A stretch of 64,000 nucleotides of DNA from positions 32,001 to 96,000 of the IMG/VR virus record IMGVR_UViG_3300027804_000045, one strand, 5' to 3'. Each line of letters begins with the position of its first letter. Positions within the stretch are counted from its first letter, which is position 1. The position numbers and the translations under genes were made by a program. Shown here piece by piece: positions 46,374 through 55,401 of the stretch. This stretch comes from a virus. Under the pieces are notes generated by a model. The model worked only from the letters and a program-made list of their open reading frames with translations. It had not been told where the DNA came from and searched no databases.

Positions 46374-46961
46374 TTATTGGACTGGCGCACCCATTGGTTG
46401 TGCGGGTTGCTGATCAAGTTGTTGATTGTCGTCTTTTTCAGTACCTTCTTTATCTAGGTCTTCGTCATAAGCATCATCTAATTCTTCTAAATCTACAGTG
46501 GAACCTGCTAGGTCCACAGAACCTTCTTTGATATCATCCATTACTTCTAATGGAATGGTGATTTGCACCAACCAAACCTTACGTTTTGCGCTTTTAGGAT
46601 AATTTGTACCCTGGATGAAATCGTCAGGATTCGTCACTTTCACAGGTACTTCAATTTCTGTTTTGTCCCATTTTACATCACAACCCATTTTAAGCAAACG
46701 TTTTACTGCTCTAGGGTCAGGCATTAATTTGTATGGCCACATGAAAACACATGAAACATTATAACGTCCGGTGTCGGGGCCTTGAACTAATTCGCCATTA
46801 ATCCAATTTTTAAATGCGTATAGATCACACTGATCTAATACCCTCTCAAAATCAAGTAAAACAGACATAGTGCCGTCACTAGTCATGACACCCTTGATAG
46901 TGTCTACTATACTAACGAAATCTATTCCGTCAAACCATTTATCCGCAATTTTAGTGGTCAT
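46374..46961 (-). CDS. hypothetical jumbo-phage protein, leaderless from late promoter 46966-46972
   Basis: LLDFERVLD..DLYAFKNW..GELV.GP, MPDP. Confidence 0.8.
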   Translation of the reverse strand: MTTKIADKWFDGIDFVSIVDTIKGVMTSDGTMSVLLDFERVLDQCDLYAFKNWINGELVQGPDTGRYNVSCVFMWPYKLMPDPRAVKRLLKMGCDVKWDKTEIEVPVKVTNPDDFIQGTNYPKSAKRKVWLVQITIPLEVMDDIKEGSVDLAGSTVDLEELDDAYDEDLDKEGTEKDDNQQLDQQPAQPMGAPVQ

Positions 46962-47123
46962 AGAGTATTTATCAGAAAACAGGGATATTATAAAGGAAGA
47001 TATTGGACAACAGTGTTATATTTATGCATTAAATCTTGCCAAATACTATGTCATTATTGCGAAGGTTAACTCTTTAAATATTTAAGAGATGACAATTTAT
47101 CTCATTCACAAAGGAGACATCAC

Positions 47124-47891
47124 TTGAGCAAAAGAAAGACGGGCGCTTTAAGAAAAGAACAACAAAATCATCAAATGAAAAATTATCAGAAAAACCCCAT
47201 CTACGTTACAGAAACGATAGACTTTAATCAAGAAAATTATAAACGACAACGAAAACCAATAGAACTGCTACCGCAGTCAGTCAATCAGGAAAAATACATC
47301 CTATCACTCATCGACAGAGACTTAGACATCGTAGTTGTATCCGGTCCAGCTGGCACCGGTAAGACTTACTTAGCGATGCTAGCCGCGATCAAGTCCCTAA
47401 GAAACGGAGACTGCGATAAGATCATATTGACTAGACCTGCGGTAGCGGTCGATGATGAGAAGCATGGATTTTTACCTGGTGATCTGAACAGCAAGATGGA
47501 GCCTTGGGTACGTCCATTGTTAGATGTATTGAAAGAATACTATAGCATGAAAGAATTAGTCCACATGTTAAATGAACAAATCATTGAGATAACTCCGCTA
47601 GCATTCTGCCGCGGTAGAAACTTTAAGAACAGTTGGATAATACTTGACGAGGCACAAAATGCTACGCCAAGTCAAATTAAAATGCTACTGACACGTATTG
47701 CTCAAGGTAGCAAAATCGTTGTGACGGGTGACATCGAACAAACCGACAGACGAACCGCTGACAATGGTCTATTAGATTTAACTAGTAGATTACAAGAGAA
47801 TCCTGTATACGGTATCGGTGTATGTGAATTTGAGACAAGAGATATAAGACGACATAGAATGATCGAACACGTTCTAGACTTATATCGTTAA
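47124..47891 (+). CDS. phoH: PhoH-family ATPase
   Basis: GPAGTGKT, TRPAV, GFLPG, RGR, DEAQN, GD..Q.D. Confidence 0.95.
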   Translation: MSKRKTGALRKEQQNHQMKNYQKNPIYVTETIDFNQENYKRQRKPIELLPQSVNQEKYILSLIDRDLDIVVVSGPAGTGKTYLAMLAAIKSLRNGDCDKIILTRPAVAVDDEKHGFLPGDLNSKMEPWVRPLLDVLKEYYSMKELVHMLNEQIIEITPLAFCRGRNFKNSWIILDEAQNATPSQIKMLLTRIAQGSKIVVTGDIEQTDRRTADNGLLDLTSRLQENPVYGIGVCEFETRDIRRHRMIEHVLDLYR

Positions 47892-47892
47892 T

Positions 47893-47923
47893 AAAAAACG
47901 GGGAATTTATTTCCCCGTTTCTT
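47893..47923. terminator. bidirectional terminator between convergent genes
   Basis: AAACGGGGAA-tttat-TTCCCCGTTT with A and T flanks. Confidence 0.75.
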
Positions 47924-48185
47924 TACGCTTCGCTAATTCAGGTCCTTCTTTTTCAAGTTGATTGACCATTTGCGGATAGATTTTTTTATAATAGTCGTTT
48001 AATTCATCAAAAGACTTGTTTAACTTATTTCCTTCTACTACACATTTTTCAATCTTGCGTAGTCCATAATCCATTATAATATTGCTCATGGATACATCAC
48101 TGTTACGTACACGTTTAACAAAACGTGCTTGTTCATCAATCTGACCGCCCGGTTTTCTATAAAAAGTTATAAGTAAATATCTCAT
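47907..48185 (-). CDS. hypothetical protein
   Basis: MRYLLITFYRKPGGQIDE. Confidence 0.75.
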   Translation of the reverse strand: MRYLLITFYRKPGGQIDEQARFVKRVRNSDVSMSNIIMDYGLRKIEKCVVEGNKLNKSFDELNDYYKKIYPQMVNQLEKEGPELAKRKETGK

Positions 48186-48193
48186 AGGTTTAT

Positions 48194-49117
48194 TTATGAC
48201 GTAAGTTCAATCATAGTTGCTGCGATAGCAATCTCAGGAATACCCACTAATGTTAGATTTGCTAGACCATTTCGTATAGTAATGATAGCATTATCTTTAC
48301 TTTGATTATCCTTACCCCATAAATCTAGATTATCATACATCCAAGTGTATATATCCTCAGCCCTTGTAGGGTATGTTTTGATATATTCTTGTAGTGTTTG
48401 TCTGCCATCAACAATATTACCAGATTTAAAATATTCTGTTGCTTTTACCAATAAAGCATCTTCGCTAAACGTAGCGTTATCCGGAGCAAGTAGTGTTCCT
48501 GTTTGACTGTTAACTTGTAATTGATTTAAGCACTTACGCAAGTCTGGATAAGTAGCACGTACATAAGTATCAAGTACATCTAGATCGAACACTACGTTTT
48601 CACTTACGAGTACTGTGGCGGCTCTTGCTGTGAATTCTGTGATATCAGTATTAGCGATATGCATCTCATGACAGCGACTCTTTAGTGCAGGAATGATCTT
48701 GTACCCATAGTTACAAGTCAGGATATAGCGTACTGTCATGTGATACGCTTCCATATCATTTCTCAAGGCGGCTTGCGCCGGAGGTGTTAAGTAGTCCGCT
48801 TCGTCTAACAGCACTACCTTGAACTTGCCGAACGGCATAGTCTGCACGAAACTGTTTATTTGGTCACGTATTACGTCAATGCCTCTTGTGCGTGATGCGT
48901 TGACTTCGAATACGTCGAAATCTTCAATACCTAATTCTTGAATCAAGACCCTTGCTAACGTTGTCTTGCCTGTGCCGGGATCTCCGCTCAATAACAAATG
49001 AGGGAAACTCTCGTCCTTGATCCAGTTTGTTACCATATCTTTTTGCTTTTGATCAACAAAAACATATTCGGCAACAGTTTTAGGTCTGTATGCTTCTACC
49101 CAGAGATTATTTTTCAT
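48194..49117 (-). CDS. clamp loader AAA+ subunit (gp44/RFC-like)
   Basis: WVEAYRP, GDPGTGKT, NAS, LDEAD, SRC. Confidence 0.93.
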   Translation of the reverse strand: MKNNLWVEAYRPKTVAEYVFVDQKQKDMVTNWIKDESFPHLLLSGDPGTGKTTLARVLIQELGIEDFDVFEVNASRTRGIDVIRDQINSFVQTMPFGKFKVVLLDEADYLTPPAQAALRNDMEAYHMTVRYILTCNYGYKIIPALKSRCHEMHIANTDITEFTARAATVLVSENVVFDLDVLDTYVRATYPDLRKCLNQLQVNSQTGTLLAPDNATFSEDALLVKATEYFKSGNIVDGRQTLQEYIKTYPTRAEDIYTWMYDNLDLWGKDNQSKDNAIITIRNGLANLTLVGIPEIAIAATMIELTS

Positions 49118-49123
49118 GCGAAC

Positions 49124-49152
49124 AGTTTATTATAACGATTGAACAATGTCAA
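49124..49152 (-). promoter_or_regulatory. sigma70-type promoter, leaderless
   Basis: TTGACA-17-TAAACT-6nt-ATG. Confidence 0.7.
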
Positions 49153-49156
49153 CAGT

Positions 49157-49513
49157 TTAGATTTCCTTATCACTAATCGTAGCATCGTTAACGGGCTCAT
49201 CGCTTACGAGTAGAATGTCTTTTGGGTCAACCTTGCGAATGGTCTGTTCTCCATTCTCATCTTCAATTTTGACTCCGCGCGTCCAACGGCCATGACTTAC
49301 GCAAATATATTGTCCAACACTCACACCCTTTGCTTCGGGTCCTACAGCATATACCTTACCCCAACGAGGTCTGATACCTGCGCTCTTAGTGTCATCATTG
49401 CGTAGAATAATACCACCCGCGCTGATTCGTTCACTAAATTCCATTTCAGATACAATGATTGTATCTCCTAATGCTTTAAGTTTCCCTACTTTGTATGGAT
49501 TAATATTTGCCAT
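49157..49513 (-). CDS. groES: GroES-like co-chaperonin
   Basis: LKALGD, SAGGIIL, GKVYAVGP, DIL. Confidence 0.85.
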   Translation of the reverse strand: MANINPYKVGKLKALGDTIIVSEMEFSERISAGGIILRNDDTKSAGIRPRWGKVYAVGPEAKGVSVGQYICVSHGRWTRGVKIEDENGEQTIRKVDPKDILLVSDEPVNDATISDKEI

Positions 49514-49516
49514 AAA

Positions 49517-49834
49517 TTACTTTTTATTCTCCTTAGCCTTTATTTGTTCGATTTCTTTGTTTAACTCATCGAATTCTTCTAACTCAATTTCTTCTTTGGA
49601 CAAGTTAGTTTTAGGTAATTTGGACTTTTTCGCTTGCGCGTTTCTATTCCCGACTGTCGCTTCATATGCAGCGCCCACTTTTTGCGTGACTGGGACTATA
49701 ACTTTGCCCTGGCTATCAATCGTATCGCCTCTAGCATTAACTTTCATGTTGCCAACAGCCCTTACTTTTTCATTTTTTGCTATCAATGCATTCATGTCAA
49801 TTACTTTGCCTTGCGCTGATCTATATTGTGCCAT
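49517..49834 (-). CDS. hypothetical jumbo-phage protein
   Basis: YRSAQGKVIDM...AVGNMKVNARGD. Confidence 0.8.
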   Translation of the reverse strand: MAQYRSAQGKVIDMNALIAKNEKVRAVGNMKVNARGDTIDSQGKVIVPVTQKVGAAYEATVGNRNAQAKKSKLPKTNLSKEEIELEEFDELNKEIEQIKAKENKK

Positions 49835-49844
49835 AAATTTTGCC

Positions 49845-50351
49845 TCACTTTAAAAATTCGTCAATCGACAAATCATAATACAAACTATTTATTTTATGAA
49901 TACCTATAAGATACAAAACAAAACTACTTACACTACTACCTCTACCCACTCCCCAAACTATCTTGTTCTGTCGCATAGTGTCGACCAAATATGTAAGATA
50001 TTTTAGAAGTTCAAACATGTTACGTTCTTGAAATAACAGTAGTTCTTCACCTGCTCTCTGTAACTCGGCTTCACTGTTGCATTTATCTAGCACGAATTGT
50101 GCAACGTCTAAATTTTTATAGAACTCAGGCATATACCAATTGTTTTGGTTAATCTTATCAAACTCTTCAACAGAAAGATTGATATCAAAACTTTTCTTAA
50201 GTATTGGAATATTTTCAAGTTCCAATATAGAAGGAATAGAAATATCGCTATCTGTTATTATAGTTTTGAAATGTCGTGTAGGATCGTTTAGATAAAGATT
50301 GCAAATGTCATCTTCACTTAAGATGATTTGCCCATATTTGTCTGTGTGCAT
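49845..50351 (-). CDS. split DNA polymerase III alpha, fragment N-terminal to the catalytic DxD
   Basis: R..EEL, YLVDTMR, WGVGRGSSVSSFVLYLIG; ends at EFLK before PDID. Confidence 0.85.
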   Translation of the reverse strand: MHTDKYGQIILSEDDICNLYLNDPTRHFKTIITDSDISIPSILELENIPILKKSFDINLSVEEFDKINQNNWYMPEFYKNLDVAQFVLDKCNSEAELQRAGEELLLFQERNMFELLKYLTYLVDTMRQNKIVWGVGRGSSVSSFVLYLIGIHKINSLYYDLSIDEFLK

Positions 50352-50357
50352 TCAAAT

Positions 50358-50386
50358 ATTTTAAATTATTTCTGCTTCCAAGTCAA
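50358..50386 (-). promoter_or_regulatory. sigma70-type promoter, leaderless
   Basis: TTGACT-17-TAAAAT-6nt-ATG. Confidence 0.75.
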
Positions 50387-50902
50387 TTCTAGTTCTGCCC
50401 AATTATTTTTATCAAAAAGGGTCACGATTTTTTCTTTTTTATTTTTATCTGCTAATGCTAGAGTGTTTTTATTATACCAAGAATCTTCCGGGTATTCAAG
50501 TTTAGCGATCTCGCCTTGTATGTTAAATTTTATCAAATTACTCAATTTACTTCCAAAAGTAATATCAGTGATTACTATCCTACCTTCCATGATAGCATTA
50601 CATTTGTTTACAAGTAACATCCCTATTATCTGATCGTAAGGTTCTTCTGGTACTATGCAAACTTTTATACCAGCGTTTGTGTAATTTTGTATAGCTTCTT
50701 TTTCAGTGTTTTGTACAAATATGACATCTTCGATTTGGCCTGTAAGAAAGTAATTCATACGTTCAATGGCGATGTTTTGTTCGCGCACATCTTCAGTACA
50801 AACTTCCATTTTTGCATTCATCTCATATAGATTTACCATATACTTTGATTCAAAGTGAATGGCAGTCATAAATGTAAAATCTTTTTCTATTTGTATGTTC
50901 AT
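50366..50902 (-). CDS. hypothetical protein
   Basis: QNIAIER, PEEPYDQ, K.NAIMEG. Confidence 0.75.
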   Translation of the reverse strand: MNIQIEKDFTFMTAIHFESKYMVNLYEMNAKMEVCTEDVREQNIAIERMNYFLTGQIEDVIFVQNTEKEAIQNYTNAGIKVCIVPEEPYDQIIGMLLVNKCNAIMEGRIVITDITFGSKLSNLIKFNIQGEIAKLEYPEDSWYNKNTLALADKNKKEKIVTLFDKNNWAELELTWKQK

Positions 50903-51135
50903 TTGGATTTCTTGTCGATAACAACTTGAGTAGTGATGTTTTGCTTTTTAATTAAATCATCCATCTTTTTAGTATAAGCATTACGGTAACTTTCTAAAGC
51001 CATTTGTATTTGGTTTATAAGTTGCCTGTGATTCGCTCTATACGCAAAGTTTAGTTTAGCCGACAAATTACTTATGTCAGTTTGTAGTTCTTCTAAACTT
51101 TTATTGGATAAATCGTTTACGAAAGGATGTTCCAT
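50899..51135 (-). CDS. hypothetical helical protein
   Basis: MEHPF..DLS....EEL. Confidence 0.75.
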   Translation of the reverse strand: MEHPFVNDLSNKSLEELQTDISNLSAKLNFAYRANHRQLINQIQMALESYRNAYTKKMDDLIKKQNITTQVVIDKKSK

Positions 51136-51138
51136 AAA

Positions 51139-52431
51139 TTAGAACGGCTGTAGTGGAATCCTGCGAAAGATGTCCGGACCATCATAGACAGTATAATCAA
51201 AGTCTACGTTACCTGACGTTACTGAGGTAATACCTTGGTACTCAGGACCTGCTACACCATTATTTCTAGTTGTGCTGATCGTTATATTAGGACCGCTAAC
51301 GCTCTTAATATAATAAGGATATCCGATCTCAACACCTGCTAAGTTTCCTGTAGGGTCATCCGTCATGAAAATAATCGGATAATTCACAACTAAATTCGCT
51401 GTGCTACCTGATACAGTAATTATATTTGGACCAGTAGTGCTAGTTATGCTTCTATTAATAGCATTAGCACTATAATCATCAACAGCAACGTATATGTAGC
51501 TTATAGGATTTAAATACATGTTACCTGATGAAGTCGATAGAGTTACGTTTGCTGTTAATGTCGTCGTATCTGATACTGTAAATGTTGTACCTGATACTAG
51601 GTTTCTCACATAATATGTGTTTGATGTTGAAATACCACCGAATACCGAACCAGTAAACTGTAAGGGCATACCTGTATATAAGGTTGCTGTATTGGCAGTA
51701 GTGAATATATCAGAACCGGTCGTTGTGTTTGTTACTTTAAGTTGGCTCACGCTATCGGGAACATATATCGTGCCATTAGTATCACCCAATCTGCCTGTGC
51801 TTGGAGGCACACCATATTGTATTGATGTACTCTTAAATGGTCTGTTGCTTGGAGTTATATCGACTGTATTTCCGCAATCTGTTGTTGTGAGCAATAAGTT
51901 AATTTTTGTGCTACCATAAGGGAAAGTCAATGCAGGAGTGTTATTTGCTAGCACATAATTTTCTAACAATTCAATACTTCTAAATGGTGTGTCGCTTGGG
52001 AAAAATATATAAACATCAACATTAGCATTAGCTCTTGCTAAATTTAATTCTACATGTCCTTCTGTATTTGTAGGCGCCCAGCTACCGAAATTTAATGTGA
52101 TATTACCTGCCAATGTACCGTACTGTACGTCTCCTAAAGTACAATCAATCAACACATTACCTACAAGGGCATTGCCTAAATTGTATGTAGTAGCGCGAAA
52201 CTGAAGCGTAGACGCATTGGCAATTAGAGTATTTGCCATGTCATTGTTTATGACTGTGTTGGCTAATGCTGATTTTAACACTGCCTTATTTTGTAAATCG
52301 CTTATTTCACTGCCTGCAATGTCAAGATTTTGTTTGATATTAACAAAATTGTTACGAAATCCCTGTGTACTATTGTTTTGTCCAGGAATCGGGTAATTGA
52401 CATCTAGGCTGTTTGTGTTAATGCTACTCAT
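51139..52431 (-). CDS. virion structural protein (baseplate/tail associated)
   Basis: YPIPGQNNSTQGFRNNF N-terminus; repeated TYY beta modules; TATAAATA at 52450-52457. Confidence 0.7.
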   Translation of the reverse strand: MSSINTNSLDVNYPIPGQNNSTQGFRNNFVNIKQNLDIAGSEISDLQNKAVLKSALANTVINNDMANTLIANASTLQFRATTYNLGNALVGNVLIDCTLGDVQYGTLAGNITLNFGSWAPTNTEGHVELNLARANANVDVYIFFPSDTPFRSIELLENYVLANNTPALTFPYGSTKINLLLTTTDCGNTVDITPSNRPFKSTSIQYGVPPSTGRLGDTNGTIYVPDSVSQLKVTNTTTGSDIFTTANTATLYTGMPLQFTGSVFGGISTSNTYYVRNLVSGTTFTVSDTTTLTANVTLSTSSGNMYLNPISYIYVAVDDYSANAINRSITSTTGPNIITVSGSTANLVVNYPIIFMTDDPTGNLAGVEIGYPYYIKSVSGPNITISTTRNNGVAGPEYQGITSVTSGNVDFDYTVYDGPDIFRRIPLQPF

Positions 52432-52470
52432 GTGTTAAATTCCATAATGTATTTATATATGCTATACCTA

Positions 52471-55392
52471 CTATAAATTATATTGGCTAGATTTTGGTAA
52501 AATAGTCTTGTTCGGGAATATCACATAAAAATCACTTGAATCGGCTGGATCAGGTGGTGGTGTAGCACTAGGATATTCTGACCAAGTTGGTGTAGCAAGC
52601 AATGTATCATAATTATATGTGATTTGCTTATTGACAGAGAATCTATCTATCTCAAAATCAATCTCATTAAGCGTGAATGGCCATTCAGTTTGAATGCGTT
52701 CTTGTATGATCTCAGCATAACTAATTGGATCAAACACTCCAGACATATTCCCGGTCTCTGTGACCAATTTATAAGTAATGCCATTTTTAGAAGTACTTAA
52801 AATAATAGCGTTTGGATATCCCGGAGCTCCTATCTGTTTGATATAATAAGTTGCTCCGCTGACGATATTTCCAAAAGTATTACCTGAGAACACGATTGGT
52901 TTGCCTACGACTAGGTTAGAAACATCATCTACTATAACCGCATATATTTGTAATGTGTCATTTCCTATCGTTTGAACTGATGTCACATTAACTGATTCAG
53001 CAGGTCTAGTATAGGCTATCACCCAAGCAGGAGTAAAGCCTAATGTATTGCCGTCACGCTGTTGACTAGTCATCCATAATGGTAATAATCTAAAATTACT
53101 ATTTGACCCCAACTCTTGCTCTACACGTAAACGCATATTATCTAAACTATTAGGATATAATATTCTAGCATATCCTGGGGTCAAACTAGTATAGAATGTA
53201 GGTATGCCGCCATTTAGTAATAATGGTATGCCGTCTTGAGTCAACAAAGAATACTCACGGAAATTAGTAATTATTTCAGCTTCTTGATTAAATATAAAGC
53301 TTGTGTAGATTTCTGTGCTTGTAGTATACCAAGGTCCTAAATTTAAATCGATGAATCTTGGCCAAAATATTTCTTCTGGTATGCTAGTACTGTATCTATA
53401 ATCAATGCCGAATTCAGGATCATATACAGCTAGATTATCTACGATATTGCTGTATACGACTTCGTAAATAATATTATTGTTTTCATCTCTAGCGACGGCA
53501 GTGCTTAACTGTCCTAATGTCACATCTCTCCAATAATGATTTTTCTTGACTGCTTCTAGATACTCAGCAAGATTGCTAGAGTTGATGCCATATGCATGTG
53601 CATAGGTCACGTTCTTAGCTTTACCAAAATTTGGATCTATTGGTCTATACAAATATTCTTCTGGTATTAGTTCCGGATCAGTTAATAATGAACTTATGAT
53701 GTCTCTATCTTTAGCAGTAGGAGTGCATTTAATATATAAGTTGTCTGTAGGTTCGCTATATTCTTGATATACAGTTATCGTGAATGTTTTTGTGCTAGTT
53801 ATAAAAGATGATAGAGTCGGATCAATTGCTTTTGCCGTGACACTAAAAGTAAACGTTGCTGAATCATTCTGTAGTTGGTAATTGTCACTAGGTTGATATG
53901 CTACTATGCCTATTATTTCACCGTCATCAAGTAAAGTCAAATTAGGCGGCAATGAACCTGATTCTAATACATATTCTAAATCTACATCAGATGTTGCTTT
54001 AACTTTAAAGTAACTTAAAGATGCATTATATATTTGTCCTAAATCACTGTCTGTTATCCATTTGACAGTGCCTGAAATTCCATTACTAACTTTAAAACTA
54101 AAATTAAAGTCAACACTATTATATGTGCTAAGTCCTACAGTTTTAAATGTTCTAGCTAAAAAAGTATATTCTTCAATTGAGTTAGGCGCGGTGATAGGAT
54201 TACCGTATAACCATCCTGTAGTACCATCATAGTTCAACCAAGGAGGCTGTCCGTCAATGATATAATTCAGTTGTTCACCATCAAAATCATAACCTAATAA
54301 ATGAAAACTAAAAAAATTGTCGCTTTGAAATTCGCCTATGTATGCATTTTGAGTAGGATTATAAGTAATGCCGGGGGGATTGACAGAGCCTGCAGGTGGT
54401 AATACATAATAACCATAATCTATTTCATTGGATTCAATATCATAAGTCGATGGTCTTGTATTTAAAATTGTAGGTATTCTTGTGCCTACTGCTTTACCAG
54501 GACCGCCCTGGCTGGGACTCAAATTTTGATTTACAACTGTTATAGCATATGATGCCCTGTCGTTGCCTTTTTCACTCAAAAGATCAAGAGTAAAGTTATA
54601 CTGACGTTTAGTCGGGTTGCCTATTGATGTCGCGGGCAAAGTCACATCCATGAACCCTGCTGCTGTATCTACTATAAAAGTATCAGCTCCTGGCGCTATA
54701 GAAATTGTAATTTGTGTAGCGTTGATAATACTTTTAATATAATATACGTCTCCTGAAACTATCCCGCCAAAAGTTGTTCCTGTAAAAACTATAGGTCTAT
54801 TGATGACAAAATCATTAGTGCTTAACACTGTTATAGAATTATTTGTGTTGTCGGAAGCAAATGCTGATGTATCAACTTCCGGCAAGTTAACTTGAGACGT
54901 AGGCGGAGTCGGATAACCGCGAATAAGTCCAAATTCATTTATTTCTAATCCTGGAGGCAATTGACCTTGCAATACACGTATCAATACTTCGTTCGTAGAT
55001 ATAGGATTAGAGTATTCGATAGGAAACTCAATCCATGTGCTATCTTCCGTAGTAAACAACAGTCCCTCAGGAGTTGTAAATAGTGGAGTTGCCTCTCCTG
55101 TTATTGTTATACTGAATGTTCTATCTTTAAATGCTGTGTTTGTTCCATCACTAGCGGTTACACGAACAACAAATTCGCTACTTATGTCATTAGTAATGAC
55201 TTGAGGAGTTCCAGAAATTTTACCGTCTTTTCGAAAAGAAAGTCCTTCTGGCAAACTACCGCTTATTATTTCAAATTTAGTAATAGTATAGGGTAGTTCT
55301 GCTATCGCAGCAAGACGATAGACCATAGCAACTTCAGCAGGGTATACACCGATGATACCTGATGCTGTAACCCATGTGATTGGATTACTCAT
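52471..55392 (-). CDS. baseplate wedge-like protein with putative Ig repeats
   Basis: Repeated GSLP.GL......G.I.G.P motifs; YEVVY, LPLWM, EIDR. Confidence 0.75.
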   Translation of the reverse strand: MSNPITWVTASGIIGVYPAEVAMVYRLAAIAELPYTITKFEIISGSLPEGLSFRKDGKISGTPQVITNDISSEFVVRVTASDGTNTAFKDRTFSITITGEATPLFTTPEGLLFTTEDSTWIEFPIEYSNPISTNEVLIRVLQGQLPPGLEINEFGLIRGYPTPPTSQVNLPEVDTSAFASDNTNNSITVLSTNDFVINRPIVFTGTTFGGIVSGDVYYIKSIINATQITISIAPGADTFIVDTAAGFMDVTLPATSIGNPTKRQYNFTLDLLSEKGNDRASYAITVVNQNLSPSQGGPGKAVGTRIPTILNTRPSTYDIESNEIDYGYYVLPPAGSVNPPGITYNPTQNAYIGEFQSDNFFSFHLLGYDFDGEQLNYIIDGQPPWLNYDGTTGWLYGNPITAPNSIEEYTFLARTFKTVGLSTYNSVDFNFSFKVSNGISGTVKWITDSDLGQIYNASLSYFKVKATSDVDLEYVLESGSLPPNLTLLDDGEIIGIVAYQPSDNYQLQNDSATFTFSVTAKAIDPTLSSFITSTKTFTITVYQEYSEPTDNLYIKCTPTAKDRDIISSLLTDPELIPEEYLYRPIDPNFGKAKNVTYAHAYGINSSNLAEYLEAVKKNHYWRDVTLGQLSTAVARDENNNIIYEVVYSNIVDNLAVYDPEFGIDYRYSTSIPEEIFWPRFIDLNLGPWYTTSTEIYTSFIFNQEAEIITNFREYSLLTQDGIPLLLNGGIPTFYTSLTPGYARILYPNSLDNMRLRVEQELGSNSNFRLLPLWMTSQQRDGNTLGFTPAWVIAYTRPAESVNVTSVQTIGNDTLQIYAVIVDDVSNLVVGKPIVFSGNTFGNIVSGATYYIKQIGAPGYPNAIILSTSKNGITYKLVTETGNMSGVFDPISYAEIIQERIQTEWPFTLNEIDFEIDRFSVNKQITYNYDTLLATPTWSEYPSATPPPDPADSSDFYVIFPNKTILPKSSQYNL

Positions 55393-55401
55393 TTTTTATC
55401 C

